Assembly: GCF_002113885.1 (NCBI RefSeq)
Contig: NW_018408770.1
Span: 536,115 to 600,114, forward strand
Reading direction: 5' to 3'
Length of the DNA stretch: 64,000 nucleotides
DNA from: Mizuhopecten yessoensis
Taxonomy: Eukaryota
Shown here: piece by piece, positions 27,501 to 42,500 of the stretch
How the letters are laid out: each line of letters begins with the position of its first letter
How positions within the stretch are numbered: position 1 is the first letter of the stretch
Made by a program: the position numbers and the translations under genes
The notes under the pieces: generated by a model
What the model saw: the letters and a program-made list of their open reading frames with translations, nothing else
What the model was told of the DNA's origin: nothing
Database searches by the model: none

Positions 27501-30500
27501 CGACTTACCAAATATATGTCAATAATCATTTCTGATCATATTGTTCTGTTTCCATGGTGATAATGTCTGATATTATCTAAGTCCTCAGTATTTCTGCTAT
27601 AATGAGAGGATATTTAAGATGCAGAATGTGCAATAGTAATGCCTCCCAACATTTATGTTATCCAGACCTCCGAGATGTAGCATGTCTCAGTTATACTCAA
27701 TGCAGAGGAGAAACTTTATTAAGCATTTTACCGACTCAAGACATTGTATACCCAACATATCTTACTAGGTAAATTGTACTAAGGATAGATATACTTACTA
27801 GGTAAATTGTACTAATGATATACTTTCTAGGTAAATTGTACTAAGGATATACGTACTAGGTAAACTGTACTAAGGATATACTTACTAGGTAAATTGTACT
27901 AATGATATACTTTCTAGGTAAATTGTACTAAGGATATACTTACTAGGTAAATTGTACTAAGGCTATACTTACTAGGTAAATTGTACTAAAACAACATTTT
28001 AAAATCTTATTGGCCAGGATGGTAGTGTGTATTGCTCTCAATATTAAAGGAAACAAGAGTATCTCAGGTGACTCCATACCTTTTCATGTCTGATCAGGAA
28101 ATTAAACCCCATTGTATACCTAATTATCTTACCTGGATATCCGAAATATCTTACCTCAATACAGGTATATCCAACATATCTTAACAGGACACATTGTATA
28201 TACCCCATATATCTAATATCTCAATACAATTTATTACATGCATTCATATACAGTAAAAAAAGCATCCACACTTTCCTCAGCCGTAGCAAGTTCTGCCCAC
28301 ATGTGTGTGAGCATTGGCTGAAAGTTTGATATCACAGTAATACCTGTATTACATATGTGTTGGTTGGTTTCAGTAAAAAGTAATATTGATTCCTAAACAA
28401 TATTTAAAACGTGATATTTCCTTTTAATCGTGTTTGATGCTACTTTTATAGAACTGGTTAATTATTAATAATGACATGACTGTGAGAGAATAGAAGTCTA
28501 CACAAAGACAACATATCCTTTACCTATATACAGACAAAGTTTTACTGAGGTGTTAGTCATTTACTGTTATTTTATGAGGAAGCTACTGTTAGTAGAAATC
28601 AGTATAAAATGCCAGTTATAAATTATTGATGACAACAAGCTATCCGATACAGTGTGAGGTAGGTAGTATATGTGGGGAGTTGTAGCGTGTGCAGAAGCAG
28701 CTAAGTACCTAGTGTATTAGATAATTAATGAAGGTTGGACATGCAGGTGTGAACAGGTAGCTCTTGGACGACACTACCTCCGTATGGTTAGCTTTACACG
28801 TCATAGGCAGTACATCCCCCAAGTATCAATAACAAGTATCTGTATCCTTGTCATACTTGCAAATATTAGGTCTGACTATCGATATCAGGACTGTTTATTT
28901 GGGTTGTAATTTAAGAAGAAAAATGCACCTTGATACAAAATTTACAGAGCAGCTTGAAAAAGTTAGTGCAGAGCTAATGCGTGAAGTATAGTTGGTGAGG
29001 ATAATGATAAACTTGTCTTTACGTACATTGGCCAGAAATGGACGAAATGGTGGTAGAAGCAACACAAACAAATGTATGTGAAGTTTTAAAAACATATGGA
29101 AGGATTACTGTTGTATTCTATTGTTATGATGTCGGATGCTGTTTTGAAGCCTGTTGTGACATCCTACACCCAGTGGAGACTCGTGTCCTGATGGGGACCA
29201 GAATGGCCTCAACAAACTCTGCATGACATCTTGAATATGTGTGATTTTGATTATACATGTAATTTTTTTCATTGATAATCTTTAACTGATCCCATGGAGC
29301 ATTTTAATTACTATTGCACGCCATGCACGTGTGACTAGCACAACAATTTCATGTACTTGTTAACATTGTATATTAACATTGTATTCAGTATTGCCTGCAG
29401 ATTTCCTGCTGTAAAGCAGATCCTTCAGATTACTTATTACCTGTTTTTCGTTATACATCGCAATGTACAATAATTAAGATGTTCTAGATAGTGAGGTATG
29501 GCCTCTCACAAGACTATGGTTTGTCCTATGATATGGTGACTTTGTGTTAACCTTTCCAGCCTTTCTCATTAGACGTAAGCTTGAGAGTTACACCGTTCCT
29601 CTTTGTTCCCTGTGGACACTTGTACCAGCTTGCTTGGGTGCCTTGCATTCAATTGCTTTGGAGATTGTGTTTCTATTATATAGATATTATATTTTTGTTG
29701 GAATTTTTAAAGGAAATTTCATTTTGAAATAAAAGTATGTGCATGAATACATTATATATTGGTGATATTTTACCAGAGATACTTACATGTGTGTAATATT
29801 ATCAATAAGCAATTGTTACTAGGATCATGATGAGCGTACCAAGCATTAAAACCCAAGCTTCCTTTTTTAAGGGAAGTGGTGTTGATGCAGGGGTTTGTCA
29901 CGTGTACTGGTATTTATTAACTAGGCAATTTGGTGACGTAGCTCACAAATTCAACCTCAAGGCAAGACACATTTTAAACAAATTTAAACTTCTATTTGTC
30001 ATTCTTTATTATGTAGATTGATAAAAACAGCTTATCAACTCCTGTTGATTAGAAGGTTTAAAATATGAGCTAAGTGCCAGAATTATACTGTGCTTGACAT
30101 ATACATGTGTGTATTTAATAACAATTATGCATTTTGTCACTTTTTTTTTTTTAAAATAACATATTTGAAACTTCATCCCTAATTTTGTAAATTTTTAGAA
30201 AAATATATGATAAATCAATTGTATCGTGTGACATATTTTATTTCAAAGTGACATTTCCTTGAGATTTTAAACTGCTTGCTGTGATGTGTTTTTGTTGATT
30301 TTCTACATGTGTACTACATTACAGTGTTATATGTTACATAGTAGTTCTAAGTAGATTCTGTCATGTAACCTGTAGTATCAGACGGTAACTTAGTAGCAGA
30401 TGTGTAACCAAGTAGCAATATGTAACTTAGCAACAATGTGTTACTTAGTAACAGATATATATATTATAATTAGTTTTATAATAAGAATTTGTACCTTAAT

Positions 30501-33500
30501 ATTATAATTATAAAGTTAAAAAAAATATAAGCTGCAATAGTTTGAAGATTGATAATAATAATAATAATGGTTTTATTTTTAGAGGGTGCAACTCATTTAA
30601 CAAATAATTAAAATAATTACATATGATATGATCTATTTAGAAGACATCAACAAGGAGTTATAAATTCATCAACATTTGGACTATGAAGTAAATTTCAGCT
30701 GTTTGAATAGTTAATTTGATTGTAATTTTAATAGATATCTTGTATTTAATTTTAACAGATATCTTGTATTTATTTTAGGGTAACATTATGTTAGTGACTA
30801 CTCATAACTACAATATAGTTTTTAAATTCAAATCTGAAAAAATATAAAAGATTTTAATGGAAGTTTCTATATACAGATTAGCTGATGTTAAAGCAAGTGT
30901 AATTTTCCTTTATGATAACCAGTATATATTTTTTTAAAGAAAACACTTTCCAGCAGATTTAGAAAAGAAGAAATAAGTAAACAGCATTCTGTATTTTAAT
31001 CAAAATAGCATTTGTAAAGATTCTAGAACACTGTCCTAGGTATTAAGTTAACAGGTGGTGTTTTACTAGATAGGCATACATGTATGTTTTGTATATTTAG
31101 GGTTTCTGAAAAAGAAAAAGGAAAAGAAGAAGAAAAAGAAGGAGGACAAAGCAGACACTGAATCTGTGTATGTACATCTGATGGGCAGCTGTCAGTAACA
31201 ATATCAGAGTAACCTTCCATGGTTGTAAATGTTTTCAGAGTGCTTATTCACTTGTTGAACATCAGTCTCTGTATCCTATACAAAGTCCTGTAAAACAGAC
31301 AGCAGGCTTTTACCTGAAAGACGAATGATATGTGAAAACTTTAAGTAATTTTATTAGCTCACCTGGCCCGAAGGCCAAGTGAGCTTATCCCATGGTGCAG
31401 CGTCCGGCGTCCGGCAACTTTTTCCTTTAAAATGCTACTTGTCCTGAATGGCTCAGAGGATTTTGACCAAATTTGGTCAGGAGCATCATTGGCCAAAGGG
31501 TTCTCAGTTTTGTATAATCGGAGGGTATAACCCCCCTGGGAGCAGAGGGGCGGGACCAAATAGGGGGAAAATAGGTAAATCTTTAAAAATCTTCTTCTTC
31601 TCAACCAATAGAAGGATTTTGACCAAATTTGTCCTAGAGCATCTTTGGACAAAGAAGACTCAAGTTTGTATAAACGGAGGGTGTGGCCCCTCTGGGGGCG
31701 GAGGGGCGGGGCCCAATAGGGGAAATAGAGGATTTTTTTTCTCCTGCTATACAAGTGAAGGGATTTTAACCAAATGCAGTCTGAAGCATGATTAGGGACA
31801 AAAGAATCAATTTTGTATAAACTGAGGTGTGTGGGCCTCCTTCTAAGGGCAGATGGGTGGGGCCCATTAGGGGAAATAGAGGAAAACATCAAATATCCTT
31901 CTCCTTTTGTACCGATGAAGGGATTTTGACCAAATTTGGTCTGGAGCATCATTGGCCAAAGGGTTCTCAGTTTTGTATGAACGGAGGGTATGGTCCCCCT
32001 GGGGGCAGAGGGACGGGGCCAAATAGGGGAAAATAGGTAAATCTTTAAAAATCTTCTCCTCAACCAATTGAAGGATTTTGACCAAATTTGTCCTAGAGCA
32101 TCTTTGGACAAAGGAGACTCAAGTTTGTATAAACGGAGGGTGTGGGCCTTCTGGCGGCATAGGAGCGGGGCCCAATAGGGGAAATAGAGGATTTTTTTTC
32201 TCCTACTATACAAGTGAAGGGATTTAAACCAAATGCAGTCTGAAGCATGCTTAGGGAGAAAAGAATCAATTTTGTTTAAACTGAGGTGTGTGGATTCCCC
32301 TTCTTTGGGGCAGATTAGTGGGGCCCATTAGGGGAAATAGAGGAAAACATTAAAGATCCTTCTCCTTCTGTACCGTTGAAGGGATTTTAACCTAACCAAA
32401 CTTGTTTTAGAGAATCTTTGGGCAAAGGGAATTGAATATTTATAAATGGAAGATGCAACTTTGTTACTTGTACTCCTTTGATAAACCTGAATGGTACTCA
32501 GCAGGTTTTAAATTGAAAAATAAAATACCAGGTGAGCTATTAAGGCCCCTGGGCCTCTTGTTATGTTTAATTATTGGAAATCGCAAAAGATTTTTTTTAA
32601 CACAATTGTAAAATGAAATGAAAAAGGTAAAATTAAAACAATTTAAATGTTTATTTTGTTTACAGAGACACACAAGAGGGGGTAAGTGTATCGTACATAT
32701 TTATGTACAACTTATGACTGTTTACACAGTCTCATCTAACTAAAATTAAAACTTGCTGTATACGCAGCATTACCGTTGTGAAATAAGATAGAAAAAATAA
32801 ATTTCAAAAGCACCACAGTTGCCATATTTCTTGTCCAGTGTCAGCATGCATAATTTCATAATATTCAAAATTTTCTTTGAATTATCATGACTTTCATTTA
32901 AATAAGAGAGGATGATGTGAATGATGAAATACTTTTTTCCGGGAACAGGTTACTCCCGAGATTGATGATGAGGGTTACCAGATACGTCCTGACGACCCTA
33001 TGGAGAACAATGGGGATAAAACCAGCTGGTACTCCAGTGATAGTGACACAGATTCTGGTATGTCCCAGAGCTTACATTGCTGAGTCATTGATTACTGATC
33101 ATGACACATATAGGATATATACAATGTATACTATAGCATGAACTTCTGACTCAATAATATACATAATAATTTGTGCTTGTTTGGCCATTTACCTTGTGTA
33201 CATTGTGACGTCATGTTACTAACTAGTTTAGTGTGATGACATGTAATTGTGACGTTATGAAGTTGTTCTTTTAAAATACACCAAAAGAGATCCTTGAAGG
33301 GAGAAAGTTGTGTTTTTAGTCGGTCGTTATATATATTTTTTTCTCTACCTACTTCACCACCATTACCACTCTCAATCGTACATGTGTCAACTTTATACCA
33401 GATGACGACAACAAAAAGAAAATCAAAGTGGAGATCCGACCACTCAGCCCCAATGGTGCCCCACCTGTTACCAGTAATGTGAAGGACATAAAAGCTTCTG

Positions 33501-36500
33501 TGGAGGCTCTACGACTCTCTCCTGTAGCAGTATGTATACAGTTATACTGATCTCCTGTAGCAGTATGTATACAGTTATACTGATCTCCTGTAGCAGTATG
33601 TATACAGTTATACTGGTCTACTGTCATAGCAGTATGTATACAGTTATACTGATCTCCTGTAGCGGTATGTATACAGTTATACTGACCTACTGTCATAACA
33701 ATATGTATACAGTTATACTGATCTACTGTCATAGCAGTATGTATACAGTTATACTAATATACTGTAGCAGTATGTATACAGTTATACTGATCTACTGTCA
33801 TACCAGTATGTATACAGTAATGCTGATCTACTGTCATAACAATATGTATACAGTTATACTGATATACTGTCATAACAGTATGTATAGTTATACTGATCTT
33901 GTATCATAAATCTTATTTACAATGAAGTGTTAGCACTTTAAAATACTTTATACCTACAATTTGAAATAATAATTCACACCTTCTTTCTCCTATTGAAGTC
34001 CTTTTATTTTCAATGTATCTTCGGGTAGTATATCACTACTGGAAAATGCCTTAATGATCAGAATTGTCGTTGTATAGTATATTTTGTTTTTCAATTGCAG
34101 AAAAAGAGAAGTCAAACACCAACAGACAAGAAAATGAAAAGGTCCCAGTCCGAGTCGGATACGCTAGAGTAAGTGAGAGCAATGGTTTAACCAATCTGTA
34201 ATTGCGCATACGAAGGCTTGAACTTATCCTTATAATTTTAATGTGCCATTTAACAAATGAATTTGTTAATATTTGAAAGATGAGATTTGTCCACATTACA
34301 TGATCTTCCAGAAAGTTTATTATGATAATGATAAATTGAGAGAAATTGACGGATTTTATCAATTTATCAAAATTTAGCAAAAGATACTTGTTGTCCAGTG
34401 TGTGATTATTTATAAGTTGATTATGAATTTCCTGTTTCCTTTACAGTTCCCTAAAGCCAGCAGGTCTGGACTTGTTAAATTTAGATTTTTTTGCTTCATC
34501 AAGTGCTTCCACCCCCACTGGTGGGGGCTATAACCTCCCCTCCCCACTCTCCCCTATGGCAGACACCCGACTACACAATAGTGCACTGTCTAGTGCCAGC
34601 ACCACCCCTAACAACAGTGAGTATATCACTACAGCACTTCCTTGTCACGGCACCATGTCCAATTAGCTGGTGGCTTTTTTGTCAAGTCTTTCATTTAACT
34701 ATTTTTCTTTTGTGATTGGTATTTGTATGTGTGCTTAGATTCACTGGACCATGACATAACACTATATAATTATACATTATATATATTTGTAATTTGTAAA
34801 ATATCTTGTTATTTTAATTGATTTGGCATTAACTTAAAGTAGCCATCAACATTTTCTTTCTTCTGTTCATTCCAATACAGTCACAAAGCTTAAGCCTGCA
34901 CCAAAGAGAGTCAGTAAGGAAACATACATTTTTTTGTACAGATTGATATTGTATGACTTTGTGTAGGGGAAGGTATGATGTATGAGGAATAAAATGATGT
35001 GGTGAAGGAGAGCTGTGATGGTTAATATGGAGGAAGTATGATGTGAAGGGGAGGTCTGTTGTATGGTGACTTTATGTAGGGGTGGTATGATTATGGTAAA
35101 TGATATAATGATTTGGTGTAGGGGGAAGTATTATTATGGTAAATGATACGATGACTTGGTGTAGGGTTGTTATGATTATGATAAATGATATAATGACTTG
35201 GTGTAGGGGAGGTATGATTATGGTAAATGATATAATGACTTGGCGTAGGGTTGTTATGATTATGATAAATGATATAATGACTTGACGTAGGGTTGTCATG
35301 GTGTTGTTTGCATGGTGACTTGGTGTAGGGTTGTTATGATACAATGACTTGGTGTAGGGTTGTTATGATACAGTGACTTGGTGTAGGGTTGTCATGGTGA
35401 CCATATAAGTGGGATGACACTATCGAGGTGTTTGGTTAAATTCCTTCCTTGTGTGTGTTTCAGTTCTTAGTTGATATGACTCCTGGCAAAAAAGCATTTG
35501 CACCACTGCTTTAAAAGTACTTAAATTATTTCAGAATGATAATTTAGGAACGGATGGATCTTCTGTGATTAACACATTTTAAAGATGGTTATGCAGAAAG
35601 CACAATGGATTATCATTCAAGCCTAAAAAAACAAAATTGGACATTCATTGTCCCTTGCTACACTCCCGCAAATAGCACCAGATATTTTTTTTATTTTGAT
35701 TGATCTCCTTTTCAAAGTTCTACACTAAACAAATTAAAGTTTTAGGAAATGTGCAAAATACATGTATATGACAAAATTCAAGAATTGTTCATGTCATAAA
35801 TTTTTAGCTATTTCAAAACGAAAGGTTGTATGTTTGTATTACAGATATAAGTGGACTATTCAACAGCAGTTCAGGGAGTGACGGGGTGGCAATAAACCCC
35901 CTCCCCTCCCCATCTAGTCACATAACCTCATCTCCTGGTGGTACGGGCATAAGCCTGCAAGCAGCTGCAATCCCAAGGCCATCATCTCGTAACAAAGGCA
36001 TCATACCTCAGGTACGTACACCGGCATTATCTTGTAACAAAGGCATCATACCTCAGGTACGTACACCGTCATCATCTTGTAACAAAGGCATCATCCCTCA
36101 GGTACATACACTGTCATCGTCTCATAACAAAGGCATCATACCTCACGTACATACACTGTCATCATCTCATAAACTGTCATCATCTCATAACAAAGGCATC
36201 ATCCCTCAGCTACATATACTGTCATCATCCCGTAACAAAGGCATCATACCGCAGGTACATACACTGTCATCATCTCATAAACTGTCATCATCTCATAACA
36301 AAGGCATAATACCTCAGGTACGTACACCGGCATTATCTCGTAACAAAGGCATCATACCTCAGGTACATACACTGTCATCATCTCATAACAAAGGCATCAT
36401 ACCTCAGCTACATATACTGTCATCATCCCGTAACAAAGGCATCATACCTCAGGTACATACACTGTCATCATCTCGTAACAAAGGCATCATACCTCAGGTA

Positions 36501-39500
36501 CATACACTGTCATCATCTCGTAACAAAGGCATCATACCTCAGGTACATACACTGTCATCATCTCGTAACAAAGGCATCATACCTCAGGTACATACACTGT
36601 CATCATCTCGTAACAAAGGCATCATACCTCAGGTACATACACTGTCATCATCTCGTAACAAAGGCATCATACCTCAGGTACATACACTGTCATCATCTCG
36701 TAACAAAGGCATCATACCTCAGGTACATACACTGTCATCATCTCGTAACAAAGGCATCATACCTCAGGTACATACACTGTCATCATCTCGTAACAAAGGC
36801 ATCATACCTCAGGTACATACACTGTCATCATCTCGTAACAAAGGCATCATACCTCAGGTACATACACTGTCATCATCTCGTAACAAAGGCATCATACCTC
36901 AGGTACATACACTGTCATCATCTCGTAACAAAGGCATCATACCTCAGGTACATACACTGTCATCATCTCGTAACAAAGGCATCATACCTCAGGTACATAC
37001 ACTGTCATCATCTCGTAACAAAGGCATCATACCTCAGGTACATACACTGTCATCATCTCGTAACAAAGGCATCATACCTCAGGTACATACACTGTCATCA
37101 TCTCGTAACAAAGGCATCATACCTCAGGTACATACACTGTCATCATCTCGTAACAAAGGCATCATACCTCAGGTACATACACTGTCATCATCTCGTAACA
37201 AAGGCATCATACCTCAGGTACATACACTGTCATCATCTCGTAACAAAGGCATCATACCTCAGGTACATACACTGTCATCATCTCGTAACAAAGGCATCAT
37301 ACCTCAGGTACATACACTGTCATCATCTCGTAACAAAGGCATCATACCTCAGGTACATACACTGTCATCATCTCGTAACAAAGGCATCATACCTCAGGTA
37401 CATACACTGTCATCATCTCGTAACAAAGGCATCATACCTCAGGTACATACACTGTCATCATCTCGTAACAAAGGCATCATACCTCAGGTACATACACTGT
37501 CATCATCTCGTAACAAAGGCATCATACCTCAGGTACATACACTGTCATCATCTCGTAACAAAGGCATCATACCTCAGGTACATACACTGTCATCATCTCG
37601 TAACAAAGGCATCATACCTCAGGTACATACACTGTCATCATCTCGTAACAAAGGCATCATACCTCAGGTACATACACTGTCATCATCTCGTAACAAAGGC
37701 ATCATACCTCAGGTACATACACTGTCATCATCTCGTAACAAAGGCATCATACCTCAGGTACATACACTGTCATCATCTCGTAACAAAGGCATCATACCTC
37801 AGGTACATACACTGTCATCATCTCGTAACAAAGGCATCATACCTCAGGTACATACACTGTCATCATCTCGTAACAAAGGCATCATACCTCAGGTACATAC
37901 ACTGTCATCATCTCGTAACAAAGGCATCATACCTCAGGTACATACACTGTCATCATCTCGTAACAAAGGCATCATACCTCAGGTACATACACTGTCATCA
38001 TCCCGTAACAAAGGCATCATACTTCAGGTATGTACACTGTCATCATCTCGTAACAAAGCTATCATACCTCAGGTACATACACTGTCATCATCTCATAACA
38101 AAGGCATCATACCTCAGGTACATACTCTGTCATCATCTCATAACAAATCATCTCGTAACCAAGGCATCATACCTCAGGTACATACACTGTCTTCATCCCG
38201 TAACAAAGGCATCATACCTCAGGTACATACACTGTCATCATCTCATAACAAAGGCATCATACCTCAGGTACATACACTGTCATCATCCGGTAACAAAGGC
38301 ATCATACCTCAGGTATATACACTGTCATCATCCCGTAACAAAGGCATCATACCTCAGGTACGTACACTGCCATCATCTCGTAACAAAGGCATCATACCTC
38401 AGGAACGTACACTGTCATCATCTCGTAACAAAGGCATCATACCTCAGGTACGTACACCGTCATCATCTCATAACAAATCATCTTGTAATAAAGGCATCAT
38501 ACCTCAGGTACATACACTGTTATCATCTCATAACAAAGGCATCATACCTCAGGTACGTACACTGTCATCATCTCATAACAAATCATCTTGTAACAAAGGC
38601 ATCATACCTCAGGTACGTACACCGTCATCATCTCATAACAAATCATCTTGTAATAAAGGCATCATACCTCAGGTACATACACTGTCATCATCTCATAACA
38701 AATCATCTTGTAACAAAGGCATCATACCTCAGGTACGTACACCGTCATCATCTCATAACAAATCATCTTGTAATAAAGGCATCATAGCTCAGGTACATAC
38801 ACTGTCATCATCTCATAACAAATCATCTTGTAACAAAGGCATCATACCTCAGGTACGTACACTATCATCATCTTGCAACAAAGACATCATACCTCAGGGA
38901 CATACACTGTCATCATCTCGTAACAAAGGCATCATACCTCAGGTACGTACACTGTCATCATCTTGCAACAAAGACATCATACCTCAGGTACATACACTGT
39001 CATCATCTCGTAACAAAGGCATCTTACCTCAGGTATATACACCGTCATCATCTCGTAACAAAGGCATCATACCTCAGGTACATACACTGTCATCATCTCA
39101 TAACAAAGGCATCATACCTCAGGTACGTACACTGTCATCATCTTGTAACAAAGGCATCATACCTCAGGTTCATACACCGTCATCATCTCATAACAAATCA
39201 TCTCATAACAAAGGCATCATACATCAGGTTCATACACTGTCATCATCCCGTAACAAAGGCATCATACCTCAGGTATATACACTGTCATCATCTCATAACA
39301 AAGGCATCATACCTCAGGTACATACACCGTCATCATCTCATAACAAAGCTATCATACCTCAGGTACATACACTGTCATCATCCCGTAACAAAGGCATCAT
39401 ACCTCAGGTACGTACACTGTCATCATCTCATAACAAAGGCATCATACCTCAGGTACGTACACTATTATCCCATAGCGAATGCATATTTGAAATTAGGGTA

Positions 39501-42500
39501 AATGAAATGCGTTTTCATTTAGTCGATCAGAAAAGAAATAATTACAGTGTGATCAAATTTACTTTGATGTATGTTTTCTAGATTCCATCACGGTCCTCGG
39601 GTAGGAACAGTCCCGCCTCCATAATGGGCCGGTCAGATAGTATGACCTTCAGCACGACCTCCATGTTAATTGGGTCATCTCGAGGGCCAAGCCCACTGAC
39701 CATCGGCAAGTCTGACACCGTACCTCTGGCCATTGCTTTCACAGAGAATATCGGTGCCTACTTCAAAGGCACAGATGCCACACAGTAAGGACACTTGTTT
39801 CATACATCTCCTCCAGCGCAGCGTTAGGATTTACAAGTTATTAGGTGTCATAGCCTGTTTCATTGATCAGTTTTCTGGTACTATTTACTTAACATTATCA
39901 GTAATATTGAGACAATCTGTGCTAAAAGTTGGGAAATCCTTGGTCAGAGTTTATACCTAACTCGTTTCTTTGTAAGAGTGTCTAATATAGATGTAAAAAA
40001 TTTCATTTATATTGACCTTGGTGATGTATTATTTACAGGTGCATGGTGAAGGTCATTGGCAATGTCATGATGTCATTTCCTGCTGGTGTCGTCAAAGTGT
40101 TCACAGAAAATCCAGCTCCAGCTGTACTGAGCTTTCAAATCAAAAACTCATCTCGACTTAACAACATCATCCTTAATAAACAGTTAATTGTAGAGTGAGT
40201 ATGTCTTTAAATATAAACTTTTATTCATTTTACACCGATTATGAAACTTGTAATTTCAACTTATATTAATCACTCTTGTTGAACCGGATGTAAGCGCACG
40301 GGGGGTCTTATTGTGGGAGTAAACCAGAGTACCTGCAGAAAAACCCACGTGATTGGGCAGGAGACCCCATACTTTTTCACGTCTGATCAGGGAATTGAAC
40401 CCTGCGGCCTTGGTGAAAGGCAAGTGCTCTATCCACTGCACCACCCGACCACCCCAAGAGTATATCTTTCTTACCTGTATTCACTAATGATGCTCTGATG
40501 TCAGACATTTTCTAACATTGACAAGAATTTTACATTGAATTATTATCTATTTCATAATGTACGGATTATCTTACACATTCAAATCCTGTGTGACTAGATG
40601 TGTATGTAGGAGACTTGGAATGTTATTTGTACTTTCATTATGGCTTCCAGAGAATCACACAATGTAGCCGAGGATTGCATTATCTACACATTCAACATGT
40701 CGGCTCTCACAGACCACCTCCGCAGTCAGGGCGAGGAGAACAAATCAGCATCTTATTTCAATATAGATATACTCAAATACCAGGTGAGTACAGATTTACA
40801 GACATTTCACGTAATTATCCACCGAGAATCTCATAATCCCATGGATTGATCTAATAAATCCTGTATTCTGTGTAGAATTGGAGCTGAACATCAGTTTTGT
40901 ATTATTGCGTCATATTTAGTGGGCCATGCTCACGTTCCCCTGAATCCATCTAACGTCAGCATAATTTATGTCCAAGTAGTTTGTGAACACTAACCTACCT
41001 GGTTATGGATATATATAATAAACTTTTTATGTAGTGTCTTACCAAATTCATGATACTAATTCGGTTATTACAGGGGAAGCCCCAGCCTGGTGTGGAGAGC
41101 TGTCCACTCCCCCTGGTGGTGTACTGGAAATGTGAGGACAAGCACACAGACTTTAGGCTAGACTACAAGTATAACCCCAAGTCCATGTCCTCACCCTGTG
41201 CTTTAAAAAACATCACGGCCACAGTGGTGGTCAACGGTGGTGTAGAGAGCATGCAGAGCATCCCTAGTGGCAATTGGTAAGTCGACTCTTAGTCATTTTG
41301 GCTTTGTCAACTATTGGGTTGCCAAAACAGGACTAACATATTTTTCTTCGTATTTATAACCGTAATTATCTGAAATTTAATATTTCATGTTTAACGTTGC
41401 CAAGGGTGGTTACCAATGACACTGTACACCATTACATTCTTGAATGATTAAGACGATACTCACTCTGACGTAGTAGATGCATATTATAACGACTCTAAAT
41501 ATATCAATGTTATTTTGACACATACTAGGTATGTATAACTGTCAAACCATCTCCATTAAAATCACTTGTGTTAACAGATCACTTTTTCTTGTTTCCCATT
41601 GTAGTGATTTCTTTATGAACTGATTTCGAGAAGTGTATCAAGAAACCTCCTGTGTTACAAGACCTTTTTTTAACTTTCCATGGGTGATTTCTTAAGGATC
41701 CCTGGCCACTGCCAAACATGTTATGTCTGAGTGTAAAAATGGCAATGGGGCCAGACTAGGATTCAAACCCAGAACTTCCAATCATCCGTTATAACATCCG
41801 TTATAACCAATCAAATCATCCGTTATAACCAATCAAATCATCCGTTATAACCAATCAAATCATCCGTTATAACCAATCATCCGTTATAACCGATCATCGT
41901 ACAATATGTGTCGCTATAACCAGCTAAGCCACTTGGTCAGCAGTAGTGAACTGGACCAGATGTGGTACAAGGTCAATTCAAAAAAATAAACAGAGGGGAG
42001 GTTTCTGTATGTAAGAAAATGACAGTGGAGTTCTCTATTGTTTTGCTGCACTGGACAAGTATCCTTAAAACAGGACAATTGATGTGTAATAGATATTTAT
42101 TATATTGATACATACGATTTATGTATTAAATTGATACATCATATATGTATTATATCAACACATAATAGTTAAGTTGAGGTATATGTACTGTTACAGTACT
42201 TGTTATGTTGTCAAGAAGTGTTTAACAAACTTCATTTGCTGACAGGAATGAGGAAAATCAGCGTGCCACTTGGAAATTAAATGACTTGGCAGAATTGAGT
42301 GAGGAGGGCAGTGCTGGAAGTATACGAGCCAAATTTAACCTCAAGTCAGGGCCCTCCAAACCGTCAACAACAGCAATGACTTTTATATCGGAGGGGGCCT
42401 CACTAACAGGGATAGACTTTGAGCTAGTGGGAACAGGTTACCGGATATCTCTGTCAAAGAAACGCTTTGCTGCAGGTAGGGCTTCCTAACTCACATTTAA

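Noticed and set aside
31359-32213. 284-aa minus-strand ORF
   Set aside because: Translation of the internal repeats of a non-autonomous element; no recognisable domain.
35826-39581. 1251-aa ORF as a standalone repeat-protein gene
   Set aside because: It has a non-ATG start inside an intron and consists of FCHO exon 19, the amplified exon/donor unit and residual intron ending at the acceptor TAG.
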